Of a DNA stretch of 64,000 bases, positions 10,172-20,878 are shown one piece after another. The notes below the pieces were generated by a model that saw only the letters and a program-made list of their open reading frames with translations, was not told the origin of the DNA and searched no databases. A program made the translations under genes and the position numbers. Each line of letters begins with the position of its first letter. Position 1 is the stretch's first letter. Origin of the DNA: Heteronotia binoei (Eukaryota); contig NC_083237.1 in NCBI RefSeq assembly GCF_032191835.1, positions 1,612,001 to 1,676,000 of the forward strand. The letters run 5' to 3'.

Positions 10172-13100
10172 TTAGAGGGTTTCGTACCCCACGTGGCTCC
10201 GCCTCCGTCCCACCGCGTAGGCCACCAGGACGATGACGATGAGAAGGACAATGATCACGATGACGACGATGGGCACGAGGAGTGAACGCCGCTGCTCCTT
10301 ACAGACCTCCGCTGGAAAAGGAAGCAAGGTGTCAGGGAAAAGGAAGGCAGGTCGAAAGGACTGAAGCTTCCCTCTGGCTAATGGCTAGGTTTTCAAAATG
10401 GCGGCCCTGGGAGAGCCAGTCTGTGCTCGGCCCTTGGTGTGTGAGGGGGAAAGAGAGGCCATCAAGCAAGTGCTCCAAGACAGGCTTCTGTAGGAGGGTT
10501 AAAGGTCAGACCGGAAGCAAGGGTTGAGGCTGTTGGGGGAGAGGTCACACCTTAGCCATTGAGATGAGTTTGAAGATTACTGGGTGGCTTGGGCAGAAAT
10601 GAGTCACCTCAACCTCTGAGACAAGGCAGTATTTTCATTGCCGGGATATGTACGGAAATGGAGGGCAGAAGAGACATTCCACGAGGCTGCTGGTGACGCA
10701 GAACTGAAGGGTAGCAAACATTCTGGACGGGGGGGATGAGCGGTGACCGAGCATCAGAGCGGCACCCAGATATGGGTGGGTCTCGCCAGATCTGAGCAGT
10801 CAGGTTGGAACGGATAAAAGGAAGTCCCTCTTCACCCAAAGGGTGATTAACACACGGAATTCACTGCTGTAGGTAGTGGCGGCTACAAGCATAGCCAGCT
10901 TCAAGAGGGGATTGCATAAGCATCTGGAGCAGAGGTCCCTCAGTGGCTATTAACCACAGCTTATCCTTGGGACTCTCTGTCTGGGCAGTGATGCTCTGTT
11001 CTTGGTGCTTGAGGGGAGGGGCACAGTGGGAGGGCTTCTGGTGTCCTGGCCCCACTGATGGACCTTTTGATGGCTCCTGGTTTTTTTGGCCACTGTGACA
11101 CAGAGTGTTGGACTGGATGGGCCACTGGCCTGATCCAACAGGGCTTCTCTTATGTTCTTATGTGACACAGAGTGTTGGACTGGATGGGCCACTGGCCTGA
11201 TCAAACATGGCTTCTCTTATGTTCTTATGTCTGGGGCAGTGATGCTCTGTATTCTTAGTGCTTGGAGGGCAAAAGTGGGAGGCCTTCTAGTGCCCTGGCC
11301 CCACTGATGGACCTTCTGATGGCACCTGGGTTTTTTGGCAACTGTGTGACACAGAGTGTTGGGCTGGATGGACCATTGGCCTGATCCAACAGGGCTTCTC
11401 TTATGTGACACAGAGTGCTGGACTGGATGGGCCATTGGCCTGATCCAACAGGGCTTCTCTTATGTGACACAGAGTGCTGGACTGGATGGGCCATTGGCCT
11501 GTTCCAACATGGCTTCTCTTATGTTCTTATGTGCCACAGAGTGTTGGACTGGAGGGGCCATTGGCCTGATTCAACAGGGCTTCTCTTATGTTCTTATGTG
11601 ACACAGAGTGTTGGACTGGATGGGCCATTGGCCTGATCCAACAGGGCTTCTCTTATGTGACACAGAGTGCTGGACTGGATGGGCTATTGGCCTGATCCAA
11701 CATGGCTTCTCTTATGTGACACAGAGTGCTGGACTGGATGGGCCATTGGCCTGATCCAATATGGCTTCTCATATGTTCTTATGTGCCACAGAGTGTTGGA
11801 CTGGAGGGGCCATTGGCCTGATTCAACAGGGCTTCTCTTATGTTCTTATGTGACACAGAGTGTTGGACAGGCTGGGCCACTGGCCTGATCCAACAGGGCT
11901 TCTCTTATATTCTTATGTGACACAGAGTGTTGGACTGGATGGGCCATTGGCCTGATCCAACAGGGCTTCTCTTATGCTCTTATGTGACACAGAGTGTTGG
12001 ACTGGATGGGCCATTGGCCTGATCCAACAGGGCTTCTCTTATGTTCTTATGTGACACAGAGTGTTGGACTGGATGGGCCATTGGCCTGATCCAACAGGGC
12101 TTCTCTTATGTGACACAGAGTGCTGGACTGGATGGGTTATTGGCCTGATCCAACATGGCTTCTCTTATGTGACACAGAGTGCTGGACTGGATGGGCCATT
12201 GGCCTGATCCAATATGGCTTCTCATATGTTCTTATGTGCCACAGAGTGTTGGACTGGAGGGGCCATTGGCCTGATTCAACAGGGCTTCTCTTATGTTCTT
12301 ATGTGACACAGAGTGTTGGAAAGGCTGGGCCACTGGCCTGATCCAACAGGGCTTCTCTTATATTCTTATGTGACACAGAGTGTTGGACTGGATGGGCCAC
12401 TGGCCTGATCCAACAGGGTTTCTCTTATGTTCTTATGTGACACAGAGTGTTGGACTGGATGGGCCATTGGCCTGATCCAACAGGGCTTCTCTTATGTTCT
12501 TATGTGACACAGAGTGTTGGACTGGATGGGCCACTGGCCTGATCCAACATGGCTTCTCTTATGTCCTTATGTGACACAGAGTGTTGGACTGGATGGGCCA
12601 TTGACCTGATCCAACATGGCTTCTCTTATGTTCTTATGTGACACAGAGTGTTGGACTGGATGGGCCATTGGCCTGATCCAACATGGCTTCTCTTATGTTC
12701 TTATGTGACACAGAGTGTTGGACTGGATGGGCCATTGGCCTGATCCAACAGGGCTTCTCTTATGTTCTTATGTGACACAGAGTGTAGGACTGGATGGGCC
12801 ACTGGCCTGATCCAACAGGGCTTCTCTTATGTTCTTATGTGACACAGAGTGTTGGACTGGATGGGCCACTGGCCTGATCCAACAGGGCTTCTCTTATGTT
12901 CTTATGTGACACAGAGTGTTGGACTGGATGGGCCATTGGCCTGATCCAACAGGGCTTCTCTTCTGTTCTTATGTGACACAGATTGTTGGACTGGATGGGC
13001 CATTGGCCTGATCCAACAGGGCTTCTCTTATGTTCTTATGTGACCCAGAGTGTTGGACTGGATGGGCCACTGGCCTGATCCAACAGGGCTTCTCTTATGT

Positions 13101-16100
13101 TCTTATGTGACACAGAGTGTTGGACTGGATGAGCCATTGGTCTGATCCAACAGGGCTTCTCTTATGTTCTTATGTGACACAGAGTGTTGGACTGGAGGGG
13201 CCATTGGCCTGATCCAGCAGGGCTTCTCTTATGTTCTTATGTGACCCAGAGTGTTGGACTGGATGGGCCAGTGGCCTGATCCAACAGGGCTTCTCTTATG
13301 TTCTTATGTGACACAGAGTGTTGGACTGGATGGGCCACTGGCCTGATCCAACAGGGCTTCTCTTATGTTCTTCTCTCAGAAGCTAATCAGTATCAGCTCT
13401 GTTTAGTATTTGGATGGGAGACCACCAGGGAGGATGAGGGCAGCTCTGCCTCTGAACACCTTGGAGACCCCAAGAGGTGTTGCCATAAACAGAACCTCTC
13501 CACCACCACCACCACCAGGCATCAGTGCCCAAGGGTGCACACGAGGGGGAAGCCTCCCTTTTGGGGGGGGGGGCATACGGCCTCTTTAAAATGATGCAAG
13601 AGTACAGTGGTTGTCTCACCTTCCCCAAATTTTCCACCTTGCAGCTCAAAGGCCTGGACTTGCTCATTCAGGACATGAAGGCGAAAGTCTCCAGCGAGGG
13701 TCAAAGTGCGGTTTCGGCACTGGTAGCTGTGCCCGAGGGAGGCCTCAAACTCTTGGAGAGAGGAAGCGTCTGCTCCAAAGGACATCTCTGGGAAGGGAAA
13801 GGGAGGCCGTGAGGCTCTGGCTGAGGACTGGCTCAGAGGCTGAGTTCCAGGCAGAATCCGGCACCACCGGCTGGCCCCCCAGCACCTCTGTTCAGTGCAG
13901 TAGGCGGTCCGGGGGCTCTGGAGCTGGCCAACCTCAGTTCTGGTGCCCCCCAAGCTTTTAAAGAAAGTGGGTGGGGCTTAGATAGGGTTTCTCCCCAGCA
14001 AATCTTGTGATTGGCTGTGCTGACCTTTTTAAAATGGCAGCAACTACCCTGACAGCAGAAAGATCTTCACTGTACGACTGAAGGTAAGAACTGGCAGCCA
14101 TTTTGTGCCCACGACGCTGTCTCTGAATCCCAAAGGCGCTAGCTGGCTCCGAAAGGTTGAGGAACCCTGGCCTAGTGGCTTGGCTTTGCGCCTAGGAGTC
14201 CCGTGAAGAGATTTTAGGCAATCTCCCAGGCCGACCCCCACCTTACATGGGGATTGTAAGGACGGAATGTGACCAGTCCTTGCTGCAGCCAGTTCACCCT
14301 CTGCATAAAGGAGATTCTTTGGGGCTTGTTGCAGTTCTGCAACTTTTGAGTCCCCCTCTAAATGTGCAAAGGGACAGAAATGAGAAAAGGCTGGGATTTA
14401 GAATCCTTCCAGAGTAGAAAGAAACCCATGCACAGACAACGCTGGAGCAAAATGGGCAGGTTTTTAGGCTCCCCCTGGGAACAGGTAGAGCCGGCATCCA
14501 ACTCAAAGCTCTCAAAGCCGGGCGGAGACCTGCCTGTGGACCTTGCTCTCAAGTGCCTTCAGCCCGTGAACTGTTTCTAAGGGAGGTCAGCTAGCTGATG
14601 CTGGGGGCTGAAGGGCCAGAGATCGAGAGCCAAAGGAGAAGCAAGCAGATCTCGGCGGGCTGCAGTCGGAACCAGAAAGGCCCCCTCCTGGACCGTTCTG
14701 CTCTGCTACGGTTCTTACCCCTCCGCTCCATACGAGTGTTGCAAAAGCATTCTCTCTGGCCAGGCCAGGCAAAACTCCATCCATCCAACAGACTTCTCAT
14801 TTGCAACAAAAGGTGGGGGCACCCTTCCCCCCAAAGCCCCTCACCTGTTGCCTGCATGAACTGGTAGGTCAGGTTGGCCTGGACTCTGCTCAGGTAAGAC
14901 GTCCCTCTGGTTTCATTCTGCGGGAGAGAAATCTGGGTTTTCTTCTGTGGGAGGGTTGGCATCCCGTGCCAGGAATCAAGCATTCTGAAGAGAGCTGCAC
15001 CCAGTGGAGGCGAGGCATGCGTATGAGAGGCCCAGGGCGCTCCCCGGGGGAAATACAGACAGGCCTGATGTTTGGGGGGCGGGGGAGGGAGATGTACAAG
15101 GAGTTGCCTCTTACTGAATCAGACCCCCTCTTGGTCCATGAAAGCGTTGTCTACTCAGATTGGCAGCGGCTCTCTCTCCAAGGTCTCAGGTGGACCTTAG
15201 CCGCAGATGCTGCCGGGGATTGAACCTGGGTCCTTCTGCATGCCGAGCAGAAGTTCTTCCGCTGAGTCATGGCTCCTTCCCAAAGAACACGCAAATGAGC
15301 AGGCTTTACCCTGAGTCAGGCCATCTAGGTCAGTCTTGCCTACTCAGACTGGCAGCGGCTCTCCAGAGTTTCGGGCAGAGAAAGGTCTTTCGTATCATAT
15401 CCTTTCAACTGGAGATGCTGCTGCTGGAGATTGAACCTGGGACTTTCTGCGTGCCAAGCAGAGGCTCTTCCACTGAGCCATGGCCCTCTCCACGGGGAAT
15501 TTGGATTTTAAGCAACGGGATACATTCATGGGGCAAAAGATCGTGGCAGGGAAACGGCAGGCCCCCGGCCAATACTGGTCCTGAGGCAGAATCCCTGGCA
15601 GCCTGAACCCAGAAGGCATCGTTCAGGATGGCGTGGAAAGAGGGTTGTCTGTGCCTGAGCCACGGCTGCCTGCTGAGCTCGCCCTTCCAGCCGCAGACAA
15701 GGCACTTCCAAAGCCATCAGTGAGTGAGTCAGTCTGTGTTCCTTCCCTCTCCACCGGTCCGATGACCTTCCGCGCCCCCAGGCTCACTTGCTCGAGTCAC
15801 CTTCAAGCAGGAATTGTTTTTTGTGGCGGAGCCGGTTGTTGGCTTGAGGCCAGTGAACCTCCAGGTTTAATGGGGGAGCAGTGTAGATTTGGGCCAGTCC
15901 TGACGCAGAAGAAGAGGTTGTGGACTAGCAAGGCCAGGTAGCCAATTTGCCCGGTGACCCCCCGCCCCTCCACTTGAACATGTCTCCTCAGACTCACAGC
16001 CTGGCCAGCCTGCTCCAGGACAGCATGCAAACCCTAGAGTGCCACAGTACAAATCAGTTGCGCAAAAACAAAAAAGCTGTGGAAAAATAATGAACGGCTA

Positions 16101-18742
16101 TCGAAGAAAATTTTTTTTAAAATAAATCAATTTTCCAAAAGCGGTTCACAAATATATAAAGTACAAAGTGCGGAGAATAAAGCTCCCAAGGAATTTCTGT
16201 GCCATGCGGGGCGTTTTGTGATGTTGTCTCTTTGACAAAGGAATCTTCGGAAAAAGTATTCCGGGCGGCTTTACTGTCAGAGGCTACTGGCTGCCCACTC
16301 CCAGTATAAAGCTGAACTGAACGATGCAGCTTTTCTCTTGGCTATTTTGAAAATGAGAAAAATGCTCATGAAATAATCCACCCGGAGGCGGGCGAGTGCT
16401 CCAGAGGCGCTCGAAGTCTGAAATTGACAAGATTGCACGGGAGATTTCTTTGGAACTTTATTCTCCGCACTTTGTACTTTGGAACTGGAGGACTTTTGTG
16501 CATTTTGTAGTAAGATGTATTTGGGAACTGCTTTTGAAAAATGGATTTATTTAAAAAAAAAATCTGCTTGTTTTTGTTTTTGCGCAACTGCTCCGGGATA
16601 GCAACGGGCATCTGAGTCAGGGTGTCTTTTGAAAAAGTCCCCAAGCTCTGTGCCAAGAAAGGGGAAGTTCTGCTGCTGAGATGCCAATTAAGCAGGCACA
16701 CGTCTCGGTCATGCCTTTTGCGGGGTGAGTCAGCAGCCCGGAGGAGGCTGAGAGGCCGGGAGAGGGAGGGGTTCTGGCCTGCCTGGTCTGGAGGAAGTTT
16801 CCCTCTTCCCTGAGCTATCAGGGCTTCCTGGTGAAAGTGATTGGCAAGGCGTCCAAGACCGAAAGTGGGAGGGATTTCCTGTGACCCCACGAACATGTGT
16901 GGAACTCACTGCCACAAGGTGCTGCAATGACCGGTCGCTTGCGGGGCTGTGAAAGGTCTCCATGACTGCTGAAGGAAACCTCCCTGTTGTTCTTGCTGGC
17001 TTTTACGTTTGGCCACCTGGAGACGGGGAGCTGCCATGGGGTGGATCAGACCGTCCAAGTCTGGCTTGGCTTTTCTGATGGTCGGGGGCTCTCCAGGGTC
17101 TCCTGGGTCCTTTTCAACTGGAATACTGCTGCTGGGGGTTGAACTGGGGACCTTCTGCGTGCCGAGCAGATACTCTGCAGCCCCTTCCCTCAATATGCCT
17201 TGAGTCTTGTTTGGGAAGGTGGACTGTAACTGAGTCGGGAAGCAGTTATTCCCGGGGTGGGGGGGAGGCGGTGTCCTTCAGGCCCTTCTGGGGGCACCGG
17301 GGCAGAAGCCCAGCCCCTCACTGTCCCGTCAATACCCAGAGGTTAAGCCGAGCCCTCCTGGCTGTGCCCAAGTGCCAACCATCCAGCTGCGATGGAGAAT
17401 TTCCTCTGCTTCCCCCTCTCCTCCCACCCCCTGTGCATCCTGTCTCTCTCCCCCCCCCTCGCGGTACCTTTTTGAAGACGAAGACAAGGGAGCCCTCCGG
17501 AAAGCGCAGCCGGAGCGTGGCCTCCTGGCTGGAGCAGCCCCCCGAGGTGTTGGTATGGTTGGGCTGCACCGCAAACATTCCCCAGAGCTGGCGGAGGAAA
17601 AGAGAAGGTCAGAACCACCCCAGAGGCCATGCTTGGCACTCCCTCCCGACGTGGTCAGAGCCTTGGTGGCCACGAAGGGCGGCACACGAGACTTGCAGGG
17701 CAGAGAGCACCAGGGGCCGCCTCCTCTACTTCCTCCCCCCCCCAGCATCTTCCTTCCTGCCCCCTGCTTGTCTAAGGGTCTTTCCTTCGCCCACACAGCC
17801 TTTCTCTGAAGGCACCGTTGCTCTAAACTGCTGGGCACCGCCGGTAGTGGAGTCCTGTGCAGACGAGGGGGCCAGTGAGAGGGCAGACACGGAGGCAGAA
17901 CGTCAGGGCAATGGGGGCTGCCCCCTCTGGCCTGGTGCCCACAGTGCCCCAACCTCAGTACCCGGCATTCCTCGCTCAACTGCAGGTGCCCCTTTGCCCA
18001 GCAGAGCGCCTTGACCCATTGCTTCGATTCCCCTCTCGTGCCAGGCCAACCCACAGCCCCTGCCCAGTGCTTACCAATTGCTTAGCCTTGCTGGTGTACT
18101 GGACTTGGAGCTGGAGGCCTGCTACCAGCCGCATGCAGGCGGCGGACCCGTTCCGGACCACGTAATCGCCCACGGCCACAAGGGGTGAGTCTGTGGGCCA
18201 CGGGGCTGTAGTGACGATGCTGGGGTGGGGGGTGGGGGGATGGGGCGTGGTGTGGTTGACTGGCCTTGTCGTGAGAACGGAGGTGGTATGATTGGTGGGG
18301 TGGTGCGTGGTGTGATTGGCCGGACGGCTTGTGGTGTGAAAGGGGGTGGTACGATTGGTGGGGTGGTGCGTGGTGTGATTGGCCGGACGGCTTGTGGTGT
18401 GAAAGGGGGTGGTACGATTGGTGGGGTGGTGCGTGGTGTGATTGGCCGGACGGCTTGTGGTGTGAAAGGGGGTGGTACGATTGGTGGGGTGGTGCGTGGT
18501 GTGATTGGCTGGCAGCGTGGTGTGATTAGCGGCATGTGTCGTGGGATGGTGCGTGGTCTTCGGATGGCGGGTGGTGGACGGTGTCGTGGTCTTGGTAAAG
18601 GAGGGCAGCAGCGTGGCGGCTTTTTTCCTACGGGGGCAACTCGGGTCTGCTGGTTCGATGCCAGAACACAGCGAGTCCCCAGGAGGCCCCGGCCTCTGCA
18701 AGAGCCCCTGCGATGCCGCTTCGTCCTGACTGGAAGCCCAGA
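10172..18742 (-). CDS. CD68: CD68/macrosialin (LAMP family), exons 2-6; signal-peptide exon 1 not located
   Basis: Exon2 18742-18075 (668 nt, CPRRKKAATLLPSFT, mucin domain, start of LAMP domain), exon3 17587-17468 (120 nt), exon4 14917-14845 (73 nt), exon5 13787-13620 (168 nt), exon6 10311-10172 (TM helix plus GYETL* lysosomal GYxxPhi motif). GT-AG with compatible phases; position between EIF4A1 and MPDU1 matches human synteny. Confidence 0.92.
10795..13372 (+). repeat. CR1 3' fragment expanded into a ~2.3 kb minisatellite of 59/67-nt units (CD68 intron 5)
   Basis: Unit TGTGACACAGAGTGTTGGACTGGATGGGCCATTGGCCTGATCCAACAGGGCTTCTCTTA(TGTTCTTA), roughly 33-35 copies; matches the 3' terminus of the CR1 at 57301-59430. 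Confidence 0.92.
16055..16590. mobile_element. Foldback/MITE-like element with ~145-nt imperfect inverted arms
   Basis: Arms 16055-16200 and 16440-16590 begin CAGTTGCGCAAAAAC and share AAAGTACAAAGTGCGGAGAATAAAG in inverted orientation; no TSD recognised. Confidence 0.55.
18287..18510 (-). repeat. Coding tandem repeat, 63-nt unit (ANHTTHHPTNRTTPFHTTSRP), 3 copies plus a partial, in CD68 exon 2
   Basis: 63-nt period read directly (gtgcgtgg at 18303, 18366, 18429). Confidence 0.9.
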
Positions 18743-18907
18743 CTGGAAGGAGAGCAACAGAGAGGCGGTCAGCAGGCCACGTGGGCTTCACCCCGGCCAC
18801 GAGAGGGGCAATGCCTCAGAACTGGTCACAGCCTCGGTGTCCCCACCTCCCATCTCCTGCTGCTGCTGCTAGATTTGAATCCAATTGGTTTTTAGAGACC
18901 AACTAGA

Positions 18908-20110
18908 CCGGGGTGGCCAAACTTGCTTAACGTAAGAGCCACGTAGAATAATGTCAGATGTTTGAGAGCCTCGAGACAGGGAGAGAGGAAGGAAGGAAGG
19001 AAGGAAGGAAGGAAGGAAGGAAGGAAGGAAGGAAGGAAGGAAGGAGATATTGGATTTATATCCCGCCCTCCACTCCGAATCTCAGAGCGGCTCACAATCT
19101 CCTATGTCTTCTCCCTTCACAACAGACACCCTGTGAGGTGGGTGGGGCTGAGAGAGCTCTCACAGCAGCTGCCCTTTCAAGGACAACTCCTACGAGAGCT
19201 CTGGCTGACCCAAGGGCATTCCAGCAGCTGCAAGTGGAGGAGTGGGGAATCAAACCCAGTCTCCCAGATAAGAGTCCACACAGTTAACCACTACACCAAA
19301 TGGGGTCTCTAAGAAGAAGATATTGGATTTATATCTCACCCTCCACTCCGAAGAGTATCAGAGCGGCTCCTAATCGCCTTTCCGTTCCTCCCCTAAAACA
19401 GACACCCTATGAGGTGGGTGGGGCTGAGAGGGCTCTCACAGCAGCTGCCCTTTCAAGGACAGAGACTCAGAGTGGCTTACAGTCTCCTACATCTTCTCCC
19501 CCCACAACAGACACCCTGTGAGGCGGGTGGGGCTGAGAGGGCTCTCACAACAGCTGCCCTTTCAAGGACAACCTCTGCCAGAGCTCTGGCTGACCCAAGG
19601 CCATTCCAGCAGCTGCAAGTGGAGGAGTGGGGAATCAACCCCGGTTCTCCCAGATAAGAGAGCTCTGGCTGACCCAAGGCCATTCCAGCAGTTGCAAGTG
19701 GAGGAGTGGGGAATCAACCCCGGTTCTCCCAGATAAGAGAGCTCTGGTTGACCCAAGGCCATTCCAGCAGCTGCAAGTGGAGGAGTGGGGAATCAAACCC
19801 GGTTCTCCCAGATAAGAGTTCGCACACATAACCACTACACCAAACTGGCACTGGAAGGAAGGAAGGAAGGAAGGAAGGAAGGAAGGAAGGAAGGAAGGAA
19901 AATAGATGAAGGATGAGGGAGGGAAGGAGTGGTGGAAAGAAAGCAAGTTCAACTTTAAATGCATCTTCAAGCTGCTGGCTGGCTTGGAGCAGTGATTTAA
20001 AGAGAGAAATGCCTTCTCCAAGCCAGCCAACAGGGTGGTGGGGGGTTCAAGAGTCACACAGTATATGTGAAAGAGCCCCATGTGACTCCCAAACCACAGT
20101 CTGGCCACCC
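18908..20110. mobile_element. hAT-type MITE (TIR GGGGTGGCCA) interrupted by a Squam3-like SINE cluster (19047-19848) inserted in a (GGAA)n tract
   Basis: TIR-like ends at 18908 and 20110; (GGAA)n on both sides of the SINE cluster. Confidence 0.65.
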
Positions 20111-20516
20111 CTAAACTAGATTATCAGGGCCAAGCTTCCAAGAGCCAAGACTCCCTTCAGCAGAGGCAGAGTGATTAAAAAGTAGCATGCCTGGCCAGAG
20201 GCTGGAGCGATGGCCACCGGCAGCCTTAAAAGGGGATTCTATTCATGGCTCCCAGGCAGGGTGACGAAAAGGAACCTCCATGTTCAGAGGCAGTCAACCT
20301 CTGCACCCCACCACCACCAGGGGAAGCCCTTGGACCCTGTGCCCTGTTGCTGGCCCTCCAGAGGCACTGGTTGGTCCCACCGTGTGGAACGGGAGACGAC
20401 TAGATGGACCCTCCCTGGCCTGATCCAGCAGGGCTCTTCTGATGTTCAAATAGCAACGGATATTTCAGTTCCTTCTTGTATCTGACAGAGGAAGTTTTGA
20501 CTCTCCAAACTGGCAA

Positions 20517-20878
20517 GAGCCAGTTTGGTGTAGTGGTTAAGTACGTGGACTCTTATCTGGGAGAACCGGGTTTGATTCCCCACTCCTCCTCCACTTGCAC
20601 CTGCTGGAATGGCCTTGGGTCAGCCAGAGCTCTCTTATCTGGGAGAACAAGGTTTGATTCCCCACTCCTCCTCCACTTGCAGCTGCTGGAAAGGCCTCGG
20701 TTCAGCCATAGCTCTCATAGGAGTTGTCCTTGAAAGGGCAGCTTCTGGGAGAGCGCTCTCAGCCCCACCCACCTCACAGGGTGTCTGTTGTGGAGGGTGC
20801 GGGCAAGATAAAGGAGGCTGTGAGCCGCGGCTGAGATTCGAAGTGGAGGGCAGGATATAAATCCAGTGCCTTCTTCAT
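20517..20878 (+). mobile_element. Squam3-like SINE in plus orientation
   Basis: GAGCCAGTTTGGTGTAGTGGTTAAG head through GGATATAAATCC tail. Confidence 0.8.

Noticed and set aside
11094-13372. Regular array as a CRISPR or hammerhead-ribozyme (retrozyme) array
   Set aside because: Eukaryotic DNA with no unique spacers; no CTGATGA...GAAA hammerhead core in either the 67-nt or the 134-nt unit.
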